Shown here: positions 34,940-47,222 of the stretch, one piece after another
Layout: every line of letters begins with the position of its first letter
How positions within the stretch are numbered: position 1 is the stretch's first letter
From: Squalus acanthias
Lineage: Eukaryota
Length of the DNA stretch: 64,000 nt
Direction of reading: 5' to 3'
NCBI GenBank assembly: GCA_030390025.1
Contig: CM059432.1
Coordinates: forward strand, 137,766,001 to 137,830,000
Translations under genes and position numbers: made by a program
The notes under the pieces: model-generated
Told to the model about the DNA's origin: nothing
Database searches by the model: none
The model's input: only the letters and a program-made list of their open reading frames with translations

Positions 34940-37900
34940 TGTGTGCTAGGCCGATGTAGGAGAGCCTGGTCTCCAGTCGTCTTGGATCGCCTTGCCATTG
35001 GACCAAGACCTTGCTCTGTCAAGCCCGTGTGGTAGCTGGTGTGCAACGGCCACTCCACGATAAAAGAGTTCACGCACAGGCATCTTGCACCCTTTAAAAT
35101 GAAGTTCGGGATCTGGAATGTCAGGACCCTCATGGACAACCCCAACAGCGACAGACCAGAACGCCGTACTGCTATCGTTGCCCGGGAGCTCAGACGTTTT
35201 GACATGGACATCACCGCCCTAAGTGAGACCCGGCGGGCAAGGGAAGGCCAGTTCAAGGAGCAAGGCGGTGGTTACACCTTCGGAAAGGCAAACCTGAAGA
35301 AGAACGCCGCCTCCATGGGGTAGGCTGCGCCATAAAAAATGAGCTAGTTGGACGTCTGAGACTCCCTTTGCGGAATAAACGAACACCTCATGACTCTTCG
35401 GCTCACCCTAGCCCGGAACCAGTACGCTACGGTCATCAGTGCGTAAGTCCCAACACTGGAAGCCACAGACGAGACCAAAGAGGAATTCTACTCCAGCCTC
35501 GAACAATCCCTGTCCTGAGTCCCAATGGGCGACAAGCTGATCCTCCTTGGCGACTTGAACGCCAGATTTGGAAAGGACACAGACCTCTGGGGAGGTGTGA
35601 TTGGCAGCGAGGGGGTAGGGAAAGCCAACTCCAACGGTACCCTCCTGACGAAATGCTTAGAACATGGCCTTGTCATAACCAACACCTTGTTCCGTCAGAG
35701 AGACAAGTACAAGGCTTCATGGCAACTCCCTCGCTCCAAGCACTGACATCTGCTGGACTACGTCATCATCCAAGCAAGGGACTGCAAGGACGTCCGCATC
35801 ACCCGCGCCATGACAGGAGCTGACGACTGCTGGACAGACCACCGCCTAATCCGCTCTGTCATCTCCATCAATGTAGCCCCAAAACAGCAGCGGCAACAGA
35901 AACCATGCCACAGGAAAATCAACGCTGGAGCACTCCAAGACCTCGCTAAGAAAGCCCTATTCAGCCTGCGCCTCACAACCAACCTGACTACTCACAATGA
36001 TTCAGAGACACAGAGTGTCCACAGCGCCTGGTCTGCACTCAAGGCCTCCATAATCGGTACCTGTGAAGAGACGCTTGGTCACTCGACCAAGAAACACCAA
36101 GACTGGTTCGACGAGAACGACCAGGAGATCAGGAGCTAATAAGCTGCAAGCACAAGGCATGCCTGATCTGGAAACAGCAACACAACTCGAGAGCAAGAAA
36201 GCAGCTCTACAGACGCCTGAAGACCGAGGCCCAACAAAAAACTTGCGACCTAAAGAACAGATGGTGGGTGGGTGGCGAAAGCGCAGGAGATCCAGCAGCT
36301 AGCCGACAACCACAACGTGCATGGATTCTTTAGCGCAATCAAGACCACCTACGGCCCAAGCACTCAAGGTCCTACCCCACTGCGGGCCAAGAACGGAGAG
36401 GTACTCATCAAGGACAGAGAGGCAGTCAGTGCCCGCTGGAAGGAGCACTTCGAAGATCTCCTTAACCGAGACTCTGTCTTTGATGCGAGTGTCCTCAACT
36501 CCATCCCGCAGCATGCTACCCACCACCACCTCAGCACAACCCCAGCCCAGCATGAGGTTTAAAAGGCCATCTGACAACTGAAGAACAACAAGGCCTCAGG
36601 AGCAGATGGAATCCCCGCCGAGGCACTAAAGCATAGCGGAGAAGCACTATTGGCGCGAATACATGAATTCATTTCTCTTATTTAGAAGAAGGAGAGCATG
36701 CCAGGGGATCTCAGAGATGCCGTAATCGTGACCATCTTCAAGAAAGGTGACAAGTCCGATTGCGGTAATTACAGAGGAGTTTCCCTGCTGTCTGCCACAG
36801 GAAAAGTAATCACAAGAATCCTCCTCAATCGCCTTCTCCCAGTGGCTGAAGAGCTCCTCCCAGAGTCGCAATGCGGAGTCCGCCCACTAAGGGGCACAAT
36901 GGACATGATCTTCCGCTCGTCAAATACAAGGGAAATGCAGGGAACAGCACCAACCGCTGTACATGGCCTTCTTTGACCTCACAAAGGCCTTGACACTGTC
37001 AACCATGAGGGATTATGGAGTGTCCTCAAATTTGGCTGCCCTCAAAAGTTTGTCACCATTATCCGCCTGCTTCATGACGACATGCAAGCCATGATCCTGA
37101 CCAACGGATCCACCACAGACCCAATTCACGTACGGACCGGGGTCAAGCAAGGCTGTGTCATCGCACCAACGCTCTTCTCGATCTTCCTTGCTGCAATGCT
37201 CCATCTCGCCCTCAGTAAGCTCCCTGCTGGAGTGGAGCTAATCTACAGAACCAACGGGAAACTGTTCAACCTCCATCGCCTCCAGTCCAGAGCCAAGGTC
37301 ATCCCATCCTCTGTCATCGAATTACAGTATGCAGACGACGCTTGCGTCTGCGCACAGAGGTCAAACTCCAAACCATCGCCAACACCTTCACGGAAGCGTA
37401 CGTGAGCGTAGGCCTCCGTAAGACAAAGGTCCTCTACCAACCTGCCCCCGCCGCACATTATTGCCCCCCCCCCCACCCCCGATTATCAAAATCCACGACG
37501 AGGCCTTGGACAATGTGGACCACTTTCCATACCTCGGGAGCCTACTGTCAACAAGGGAAGACATCGATGGCGAAGTCCAACACCACCTACAGTGTGCCAG
37601 TGCAGCCTTCGGTCGCCTGAGGAAGAGAGTGTTTGAAGACCAGGACCTCAAACCCGGCACCAAGCTCATCGTCTACAGAGCAGTAGTGATTCCCGCCTTC
37701 CTGTATGCCTCAGAAACATGGACCATGTACAGCAGGCACCTCAAAGCACCGGAGAGGTACCACCAACGTTGCCTCCGCAAGATCCTGCAAATCCATTGGC
37801 AGGATAGGCGCACCAATGTGTGTTCTCGCTCAGGCCAACATCCCCAGCATTAATGCTTTGACCATGCTCGATCAGCTCTGATGGACGGGCTACATCGTCC

Positions 37901-38306
37901 GCATGCCCGATACGAGACTCCCAAAACAAGCGCTCTACTCGGAGCTCCGACATGGCAGGAGAGCCACAGGTGGGCAGAGGAAACGCTTCAAGAACACCCT
38001 GGAAGCCTCCTTGAAAAAGTGCAACATCCCCTCCGACACCTGGGAATCCCATGCCCAAGACCGCTCAAAGTGGAGGAGAAGCATCCGGGAAGGCGCCAAA
38101 CACCTTGAGTCTCTTTGCCGGGAGCAAGCGCAAACAGCGGAAGGAGCGCACGTCAACCCAAGCACCCCACCCACCCGCCCCTTCAACCACCGTCTGCCCC
38201 ACCTGTGACAGAGACTGTAGGTCCCACATTGGACTCATCAGTCACCTGAGAACTCATTTTTAGTGTGGAAGCCAGTCATCCTCGGTTCCGAGGGACTGCC
38301 TAAGAG
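34940..38306 (+). mobile_element. Near full-length RTE-clade (BovB-like) LINE with a disrupted single ORF
   Basis: APE: WNVRTLMD, ALSETR, LGDLNAR, WTDHRL; RT: GNYRGVSLL, GVKQGCVIAP, QYADDA, FPYLGS; C-terminal CPTC..H.GL.SH.RTH; candidate TSD actgggcattg / attgggtattg. Confidence 0.96.
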
Positions 38307-38489
38307 ATTGGGTATTGGTACGTCAGCAAAAAGTTTCTCCTGCCTTTCTGCTTCAGTTTCTCTCCTGCCGCACCTGTGTTTTTCAATCTGTTTATGTCTC
38401 CTCCATTTGTTTCTCCCTCACTTCAGTCTCTCGCTTTCCTTTTTTTGGCATTTTTATTTCTACTTGGGACGTGGGTGGCAATAGCAAGG

Positions 38490-39440
38490 CTTCATGCAAT
38501 AATACAATAGCGAGCCATATATCCAAGTTTGATGATGACATAAAGATTGGTGGTATAGTAAGTAGTGCAGACAGGAGCATAAAATTACAGAGACATTGAT
38601 GAATTAAGTGAGTGGGCGAAACTGTGACATGGATTTCAACGCAGGTAAGTGAGGTCATCCATTCTGGACCAAAAAAGGATAGGTCTGAGTATTTAAATAG
38701 TGAAGTGAAAAGCTAGGAACAGTGGAGGTCCAAAGAGATTTAGGGGTCCGTGTACACATCACTAAAATGTAGTAGATACAAAAAAATCAAAAAGGCTAAT
38801 GGAATGTTACCCTTTTTAACTGGAGGGCAAGAACATAAAGGGGAGGAAGATTTGCTGCAGCTATACAAAACCCTGGTTAGACCACATCTGGAGTACTGTG
38901 TACAGATACGGGAACCGCACCTTAGAAAGGATATATTGACCTTGGAAGGGGTGCAGTGTAGATTCAGCAGAATGTTAACCAGGGCTCCAAGGGTTAGATT
39001 ATGAGGAGAGATTTCATAAACTAGGCTTGTATTCCCTGGTATATAGAAGGTTAAGGGGTGATTTTATTTTAAGTTTTTAGCATTTTGAAAGGAATTGATA
39101 GGGTAGACAGGGAGAAACTTTTTCTGCTGGTGGGGGAGTCTAGGACAAGGGGACATGACCTTAAAATCAGAGCCAGGCCATTCAGGAGAGAAGTTAGGAA
39201 ACACCTCTTCACGCAAAGGATGGTAGAAGTCTGGAACTCTCTCTCTCAAAAAGCAGCAGATGCTAGCTCAATTAATAATTTTAAATCTGAGATAATAGAT
39301 TTTTGCTAGACAAAAGTATAAAAGGATATAGAGCCAAGGTGGGTGGATGGATGGAGTTAAGATACAGATCAGCCATGATCTCATTGAATGGCAGAACAGG
39401 CTCAAGGGGCTGAATGGCCTATTCCTGTTCCTATGTTCTG
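38490..39440 (+). mobile_element. CR1 LINE 3' portion
   Basis: SKFDDDIKIGG, LVRPHLEYCVQ, SRTRGHDLKI; tail cctattcctgttcctatgttct. Confidence 0.9.
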
Positions 39441-39469
39441 AATTTTTGGGTGAATCTCCATTTAGGCAG

Positions 39470-39705
39470 CCATTGTTACCACCAGCACAAGCCTGGCTGT
39501 TATCCAAGCCCTGCAGTAGGTTGGTGTGAGCTGCTTCATTAGCGGAGGAGTTGTGAATGGAGCTGAACACTGGAATCATTAGCCAACACTCCCACTCCTG
39601 TCATCACTGAAGAAACAGCTGAAGATGGTTGGGCGGAAGATGCTAATCTGAGAAACTCCTACTGCGGTATTCTGGGGCTGTGATGATTGGCCTCCAACAA
39701 CGATC
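39470..39705 (-). mobile_element. Fragment of the LINE family at 58840-59480
   Basis: gctgcttcatta..gaggagttgtgaatgg.gctgaaca shared with 59440-59480. Confidence 0.65.
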
Positions 39706-40344
39706 ACTTTAAAGCTTAAACATTTGTTTATTATTTGATAAAATATATTACATTTTTTTTAAAGCTCAGCATATTGTCATTGCGGCAGAAATGAACAATT
39801 CATCAGCTCAATAAGAAAAAATATCAAGCCTTGTTAATTTAAACGTTATAAAGAGGTTAATTCAAAACTGAAATATAGCCCTTACATCAAACAAAATGAA
39901 ACCATCTTTGGTTAAAAGTCAAATAGCTGCCCTTCATATTAAAGTACATAAGTGTTACATTTAAACTATTATCAATTAAGGTCCTCTATCTACCACATTT
40001 TGAATTTTAAAACCGAAACACAGCCATCCCATTATTACTAATGCAGGAAAATTGCCCATTATGGGGAGATTGATTTAAAAACTCTAATCTTTATTAGTGA
40101 TAGGCCATGTCCCACTGTAATAGATCTATCAAAACTGCATCTGGTCCGTGCTTCCTATTAACATCAAACTGAGACACTGACAGTGAAGCTTAGACACAAT
40201 TGTGACCCAGCTGAGAGGTGGGAAGGGGGGGGGGAAGTAATGCAAGTTATCACTTGTATGCTTATCAATTTGATTTTTCAAGCATAACTTCCCAGTTACT
40301 TAATAAATATACTCAACGGTGTGACAGTGATCCGTACAGACTAT

Positions 40345-40950
40345 GGCCTAGAAATTTGGGGCACCCATATATTTGAGGTGTGTATGTGGAGTGTAACAGG
40401 CAGCTCACTGACAATGTGGGGATAAAAATTGGGCTGCGACACCAGCAGTGGCCCTCAGGAAAGTGAGTAAGGGGTGTGGGGCCACCGGTACGGGAAGGGG
40501 GTCGATCGGGTCAGGAGATGGTGGCGGCCCACATTCTTTGAATGTGGGGTTGGGAGGAGCACTCCCGGCTCCACGTTCAGGTAACTATATATAATAACTT
40601 AAATAAAAACAGAAAATGCTGGAGATACTCAGCAGGTCAGGCAGCATCTGTGAAAAGAGAAACAGTTAACGTTTCAGGTCGATGACCTTTCGTCAGAATA
40701 TAATAACTTACCTTGTTGGTTGCGGCCTAACAGACGATCCCTTTAAGGACCTCCTGTTACGTCACATGTAGGCCTGGTTTTCCCCCGAGTACAATTGAGG
40801 GCCCCATATTTGCATATGCATAGGTCCTCACACCTGATTCAGGCATAGGCACTACATGGCGAATTTATTTTTTTGGCCTTTACCAATATGGAGGGTGCCG
40901 CAGTCATCAGGATAAGGGGGGCCAGGCAGGGACTCCGAAGTGGGGTAGAA
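40345..40950. mobile_element. Probable Harbinger-type element (left TIR only), carrying a hammerhead insertion
   Basis: ggcctagaaattt terminus; family motifs ccctttaagg and atttgcatat; right end not resolved. Confidence 0.5.
40602..40697 (-). mobile_element. 96-bp Penelope-derived insertion with intact hammerhead core and 13-bp TSD
   Basis: TSD atataataactta (40589-40601, 40698-40710); minus strand reads CTGACGA-a-aggtc-atc-gacct-GAAA-cgtt-aac. Confidence 0.85.
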
Positions 40951-41084
40951 ACAGCAATACAAAGACAGCAGGGACAGGTAAGAGAAAGCAATTATATTCT
41001 GTCTTACTGTGTGCATTAGCACAGGAAAGACACTGGTTATTTAAAAATTTGCAATGGTGAACACTTCCTAACCATAAACTTAGT

Positions 41085-42917
41085 GGGTTAGAAATTCATC
41101 TGTGTAGCGCCATGAAATGCTGATAAAATGGTGGCCGCTGTTCTTTCACCAGCTGGTGAGGGGGGGTGGTCCTGCAGCGGCCGCCATATTCCTCTTCCCT
41201 CTTTACGCTGCCAGTAACTGGCAGCACCCTGAAAGAAAAAATGGCGGCGTGGTGATGTCAATCGGCGTGCAACGCCGACTTAACGTCACCAACATGAACT
41301 TCAACCCTAGTGCTGAATTTAGCGCTGGGTCCTAAGCACGCTAGGTTAACCTGGCGTGCAAACAGGCTGACAGTGGCGATGTCTGCACCTCTTAAAGGGA
41401 CACACACATCATTCAGGTAAGTTTAAATTTAAGAGTTTGGACTGGGTATTTTTGATTTTATTGAAATGGTGGCTTGCTGCAATAGATGTGAAAAGGTTTC
41501 TAAGTGTGCAGGGAGTGCTGCTGGACGCTTGCAAGGGCTCGGATGATAAATGAAGGCTTTTGAGAAGACAGAATATGCTGCGAATACTCAGCAGGTCACG
41601 CAACATCCGTGGAGAGAAAAACAGAGTTCATGTCTCGGCAACATGCTGCCTAACCAACTGAGTATTTCCAGCATTTTATGCTGTCATTTCTCATTTACAA
41701 CATCCGCTTGCAGAGGGAAGAGGAAGACGCAGAAGAGGAGGAATCGGATGGAAGGATGCATCCCAGGCAGCCCCTTTGTGGCTGGGATATCCAGGATGGA
41801 ATCATCTGCTTGCGGTCCCACTGGCTGGACAGGCTGCCTCTTCTTGTTGACCCACTGGCTGGGCAGGCTGCAATTCTTGGCTGTGTGAAATGAGGAAGGC
41901 ACAAGGGTGGAGTTGTGCTGACAAGAGGGCGGGAAAGCAAGAGGTGCATGCCAGAAGGAGGATAATGTACGAGGATACCAGCATCTTGTATCCTTTCAGC
42001 CCTGCCGCTGGCCAAGGGCTCAACCATGCCCCTGCCAAGAATGGCCTGTGCCATCTCCTCCAAGGAGAGGAGGTGAGGTGAGGCTAGGAATGGGAGGTGT
42101 ACCTAGTCATTGGTGCAGATTGTTGGTCGGTGAGTGATTGGGGGTTGTGCATTGAGCAGTGTGTGAGGCTAGTGGTGCAGTTGGTAGGAGACAGGCTTTT
42201 GAAGATGCATTCACTGACCTTGACCAGTGGTTTGAGGTCATGAAGCTTCTTTGGGCACTGGAGCCAGGTGGTGGGGGCGACACTGCTGGCAGTGATGGCC
42301 TTAGTGTGGTCTACTCCCACATCATTCTTTCTGGCAGGCCTCCTGGCCCCTGTGGGTAGAGGACCTCTCTTGCAGTGTTGACACCCTGCACTAAGCTGGA
42401 GTGCTGCGTGCGAGACCCTCGGTGCCCCTTCCCTGTTGCTGAGCCATTTGTGTTAGTGCTGAGGCAGTTTTCCCATTTGTTGAGGTTAGGAAGGTAATTC
42501 AGCTTTAACAGTTGAATATTCACATTTGGAACTTCTTTTAAATATTGAATATTTCTTAAAAGGCAGAAAGGGCTGAAAAATGTATTGATTCACTGCATTT
42601 AATTTTGTATTGCTTTAGTGTGCATGGCCCCTTAATTCTCAGACCTCTTCATTGCCCACAATTCCCTGCGAGCTCCACAGCTTCGCTCACAGAGGCTGTG
42701 AGAAGCTGCAACGCCTGCACCTGGACAGGAACTTCGTCCCGGATCCCTCCAGCGACGCCACCAGGGTCGCGTTGCACGGAAGGTGAGCGCTGCACCACCA
42801 ATCTCCCTGCTCTCCTCCCCCCTCCCCCCCCCTCCCCCCCCCCCCCCGACCAATTTCACTCGCTTAGCATTGCGGCCTTTAACTGCACTTTGCTGGTGAA
42901 CATGAATTTCTCCCCCC
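41085..42917. mobile_element. Internally deleted Harbinger transposon with a Myb/SANT-like gene remnant
   Basis: TIRs gggttagaaattcat / atgaatttctcccccc; minus-strand remnants LVQGVNTAREVLYP and TWLQCPKKLHDLKPLVK (~42215-42440); degenerate Penelope palindrome nested at ~41563-41690. Confidence 0.8.
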
Positions 42918-43924
42918 TTGTGTCATGATTTTGAGTCACATTTTCTATGTCAAGATTTAACATTGGAAATCCTTATGTAAACATGAATTATGGGAAAACC
43001 CTATCTAAAGATGTAAATGTTGACTTTGCTGTCATGGTTTGTATATCAACCAATCCAATTACTCAAAATTGTTTCTGAAATATTCAGCTGCCATTTTTCC
43101 CCTCAGGAACTGAAATTTCTAATGTCTAAAATAAAGTTCGAAAGAATTTTTTTTTCTCCAAAAAATGTACTTACTGAATTGTCTTTTGTGTTTTTTAATA
43201 TCTTCATTAATCTTTCAAATACAAAGCCTTGGTCTGTCTCAAGAGCCTGGGCTTCGACTGTAGCCTTTGAGCTGCAAGCCAAACAGGCCAAAATTTTAAT
43301 TAACGGTCAGAAAATTAGCAGGCTGTTACATGCGTGCGATCCTCCCACTTAGTTTGATCACGCACTGTGTCCAAGCAATATTTTACGCCCATAGTGTACC
43401 AAGAGGAAAATCTGCACCAGGTTTTTTTAATAAATTGACCTCCACCCTTCAAATTCTAAAGTAAGTAGGGGAGAGCAGCCTTTGGAGGTCATGGTTCTTC
43501 ATTTGAATGCCACTCTCCTAAGATCCTAACTATAATTAAAGTGCCTAATGAAGACTTTACATCAACTCTATCAAGCTCCCTATATTTGGCACTAAATGAA
43601 TAGGCAAACATGTTCAGATAATTGATGATGTGTTCAAAGGGAGCCTTATTCCTTAATTCCTGGCATTACTCCAAATGGCTTCCTCGTGGGTTAATGATAT
43701 TTTTCCATTTTGACTTGTACAAAACTCTATTACATGTAATGCATATTGTTTGCCTGAAGAACATTTGACTTGCATAATATATCCCTGGAAATCTTGCTAC
43801 AAGTACAAATACAATTCTGCAATCCAATTATATATAAATCTTCATCAAGTTGCATGTTATTCCTAACTCCGTATAAGTTGCTGCATGAAACTTTTGAATA
43901 TAATCTTTTCTAAATGCTCTAATT

Positions 43925-44262
43925 TTACATAGAGGTTACAGCACAGAAACAGGCCATTCGGCCCAACTGATGTATGCCAGTGTTTCAGCTCCACAGCGAG
44001 ACCTCCTCCCACCCTACTTCATCTCACCCTATCAGCATATCCTTGTATTCTTTTCTCTCTCATGTACTCATCTAGCCTCCTCTTAAATGCATCTATGGTA
44101 TTTGCCTCAGTTACTCCCTGTGGTAGCAAGTTTCACATTCTCTCTGGGAACAAAAGTTTCTCCTGAATTCCTTATTGGATTTATTTGTGACTATCTTATA
44201 CGACTCCCTGCAAGTGGAAATATCTTCTCTATGTCTACCCTGTCAAACCCCTTCATAATTTT
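43925..44262 (-). mobile_element. CR1 LINE 3' end
   Basis: KIMKGFDRVDIEKIFPL; tail ttacagcacagaaacaggccattcggccc. Confidence 0.82.
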
Positions 44263-45419
44263 TATTCTGCTTGATCTTTTTGTAATTAAATCAAACAGTG
44301 CCCTGAAATGAAAGTAACTTGAATATTCAGTGACCGCTCTAATTACAGCTTGACGAAGATGTATTATGACCAAGTTAAAATGCATGTTTTGCCTTTCAAG
44401 AGTGTCAGTCTGTCAGAAAGTACTATTTGGTAAGAGCAAGTAAAATTCACACTAATTTTCATGAACCAGTAAACAATGTTGCCCTGTGAATCATGATGCT
44501 AAAATTTCACAGCACAGTTACATATTTCCAGCAGCATGGCCCCTTTGTCTTACATCTACAAATTGTGTAAAGGGTGAGAATCAATAATTTCAATTTGTCC
44601 TTTCACGTAAAGTTAACAAAGAGTTGCCTGACCATATAAAATGCAGGAAGAAATTATTTAAGTGTGATTAATGCAATATGTTCAAAAGTCAAAACGATTT
44701 TGTTATTGAAAAGGAAAATGATACTGTACTCAAAAGAAATATTAAGGGCAGAAGGCAGTCTAAATGTACATTTCACCAACTCAGACTAGTAAGAAGAGTA
44801 AATAAACTTCACAAGCACAAATGAAGCCGAGATAAAATGCACATATCATAGATGCTGAAAAACACGTGCAATCAGCTCTGAGTGCTTTGGTACTTTCAGT
44901 AACGTCCAGTAAAGTTTAATTAACTTTAAAAGTCAGTGTAAAAAATGGATGTAATGCAAGACCCACTAGCTTTAACATTCGTTGAAGTCAATGAAACTGT
45001 GTCATCCTGTAAGAAAAATATTTTTCTCCAGATTGTTCCAATGATTGTCTTTCAAATGGAGATTTCTTTACAGTGTACATCAAAGAGGGCGGAAGATGCA
45101 GTGACGTTTGTTATCTGCAGTCTGTAGATTTTTTTAAGGAATAAAACATAATTAACATTGTGAGACATAAAAATATTAGACAGCTAGTGAAAGACAAAGT
45201 GCAGGACCCTGAATTATCTGTAATTCCCAGTATAAACTAACTGGGATTAATGCTAGTGGAGGGCTGGTAAAGCCATATAACAATTCTGTTTTGTAGACAC
45301 TGATATCGTTACATATTTTCAAAGTAATTATTAACTATTAAAACATTTACCCAGCCTATTAATCTCCTCACATTTTATGATATATCACAGAGTTTCTGTA
45401 TACATTATAAAAAGTATTA

Positions 45420-45608
45420 GGGTGTGGTCATTGAATATATTCAAGGCGGAGATTGACAGACATTTGAACTACAAGGGAGTCAAGGGGTTTGGGGAGAGAG
45501 CAGGAAAGTGATGTTGAGGCCAAGATTGGATCAGCCATGATCTTATTGAATGGCGGAGCAGGCTCGAGGGGCCGATTGGCCTACTCCTGCTCCTGTTTCT
45601 TATGTTTG
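45420..45608 (+). mobile_element. CR1 LINE 3' UTR fragment
   Basis: gatcagccatgatcttattgaatggcggagcaggctcgaggggcc, as at 11392-11438. Confidence 0.85.
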
Positions 45609-46099
45609 AGCTGCCAATACTTTTTGTCTGGAAATTGCACCTTAATTTTGTAAGCCAAAATATAAAGGATGAGATTGGTAGAGCTTGAGCTCGCTGCCTC
45701 TGTCATCTCCTTGTATGAAGTCTGCAGCACCTTGTCAAGGAACTTCCTGCCCTCAATCCTCAGGAATCTTTCTCTTCTGGACCTCATTTCTGCTAAAAAG
45801 GACCAAAGCATCAGTTTTAAACGCTGCAGCACCATTCAATTTCCCTCCCTCTCAGGGGCAGTAAGCTGATAGGCAGCAGTATTACCACATCAAACCCAAC
45901 ATGAATACATAATTACGGCTTCTTCAGGGGAAGAAAACAGCAGGTTAGTGGCGCTGTCACACAAGTATGCAGAAGTTCCACATCTCACTTCTAACCCAAT
46001 GATCCAGAGTAAATTCAGCTTGTACTCAAAAGGTGGAAATTTACTTGCAGGACATCAATATCCCCCTCTATGATGTGAGACTCCTTTTCCAAACTCCTA

Positions 46100-46529
46100 C
46101 AACACAACAACAATAGCAACTTGCATTTATATAGTGCCTTTAACGCAGTAAAAGATCCCAAGGTGCTTCACAGACGTTGACAAGCAATATTTTACACAGT
46201 CACATAAGGAGATATTAGGATAGGTGACCAAAAGCTTGATCAACGAGGTAGGTTTTAAGGAGCATCTTAAAGGAGGAGAGAGAGGTTTAGGGAGGGAATT
46301 CCAGAGCTTCAGGCATAGCCGTCAATGGTGGAGTGATGAAAATCGGGCATGCGCAAGAGGCCAGAATTGGAGGAGCACAGAGATCTCGGAGGATTGTAGG
46401 GCTGGAGGAGGTTACAGAGATAAGGTGGGATTTGAAAACAAGGATGAGAATTTTAAAATCGAGGCGCTGCCGGACAGAGAGCCAATTTAGGTTAGCGGAC
46501 ACAGGGGTGATGGGCGAACGGGACTTGGT
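46100..46529 (-). mobile_element. L2 LINE 3' end, split by the CR1 insertion (resumes 50347-50470)
   Basis: SRSPITPV...WLSVRQRLDFKILILVFK; junction gacttggt|CR1|ttggtgcaagttagg. Confidence 0.85.
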
Positions 46530-47093
46530 CTGAATACCGGCCAGAGCCAAGTCCACGGTACCACAGGTGGTTCAGCTGTACGGGGAGGGGGGGGGGGGGG
46601 AGGAGGAAGATCGGGAAGGCAATATTGGTAGGGGATTCGATAGGGGAACAGACAGGCGTTTCTGCGGCCACAGACGTGATTCCAGGATGGGGTATTGCCT
46701 CCCTGGTGCCAGGGTCAAGGATGTCACTGAGCGGCTGCAAAACATTCTGAGGGGGGAGGGTGAACAGCCAGAGGTCGTGGTCCATATCGGTACCAGCGAC
46801 ATAGGTAGAAAAAGGGATGAGGTCCTGCAGGCAGATTTTAGGGAGCTAGGAAAGAGATTAAAAAGCAGGACCTCAAAGGTAGTAATCTCTGGATTACTCC
46901 CTGTGCCACGAGCTAGTGAGTATAGAAATAGGAGGATAGAGCAGATGAATGTGTGGCTGGAGAGATGGTGCAGGAGGGAGGGCTTTAGATTCCTGGGACA
47001 CTGGGACCAGTTCTGGGGGAGGTGGGACCTGTACAGGCCGGACGGGTTGCACCTCAACAGAGCCAGAACCAATGTCCTCGTGGGGGGGGGGGT

Positions 47094-47174
<81 letters not shown>

Positions 47175-47183
47175 GGGGGGGGT

Positions 47184-47222
<39 letters not shown>

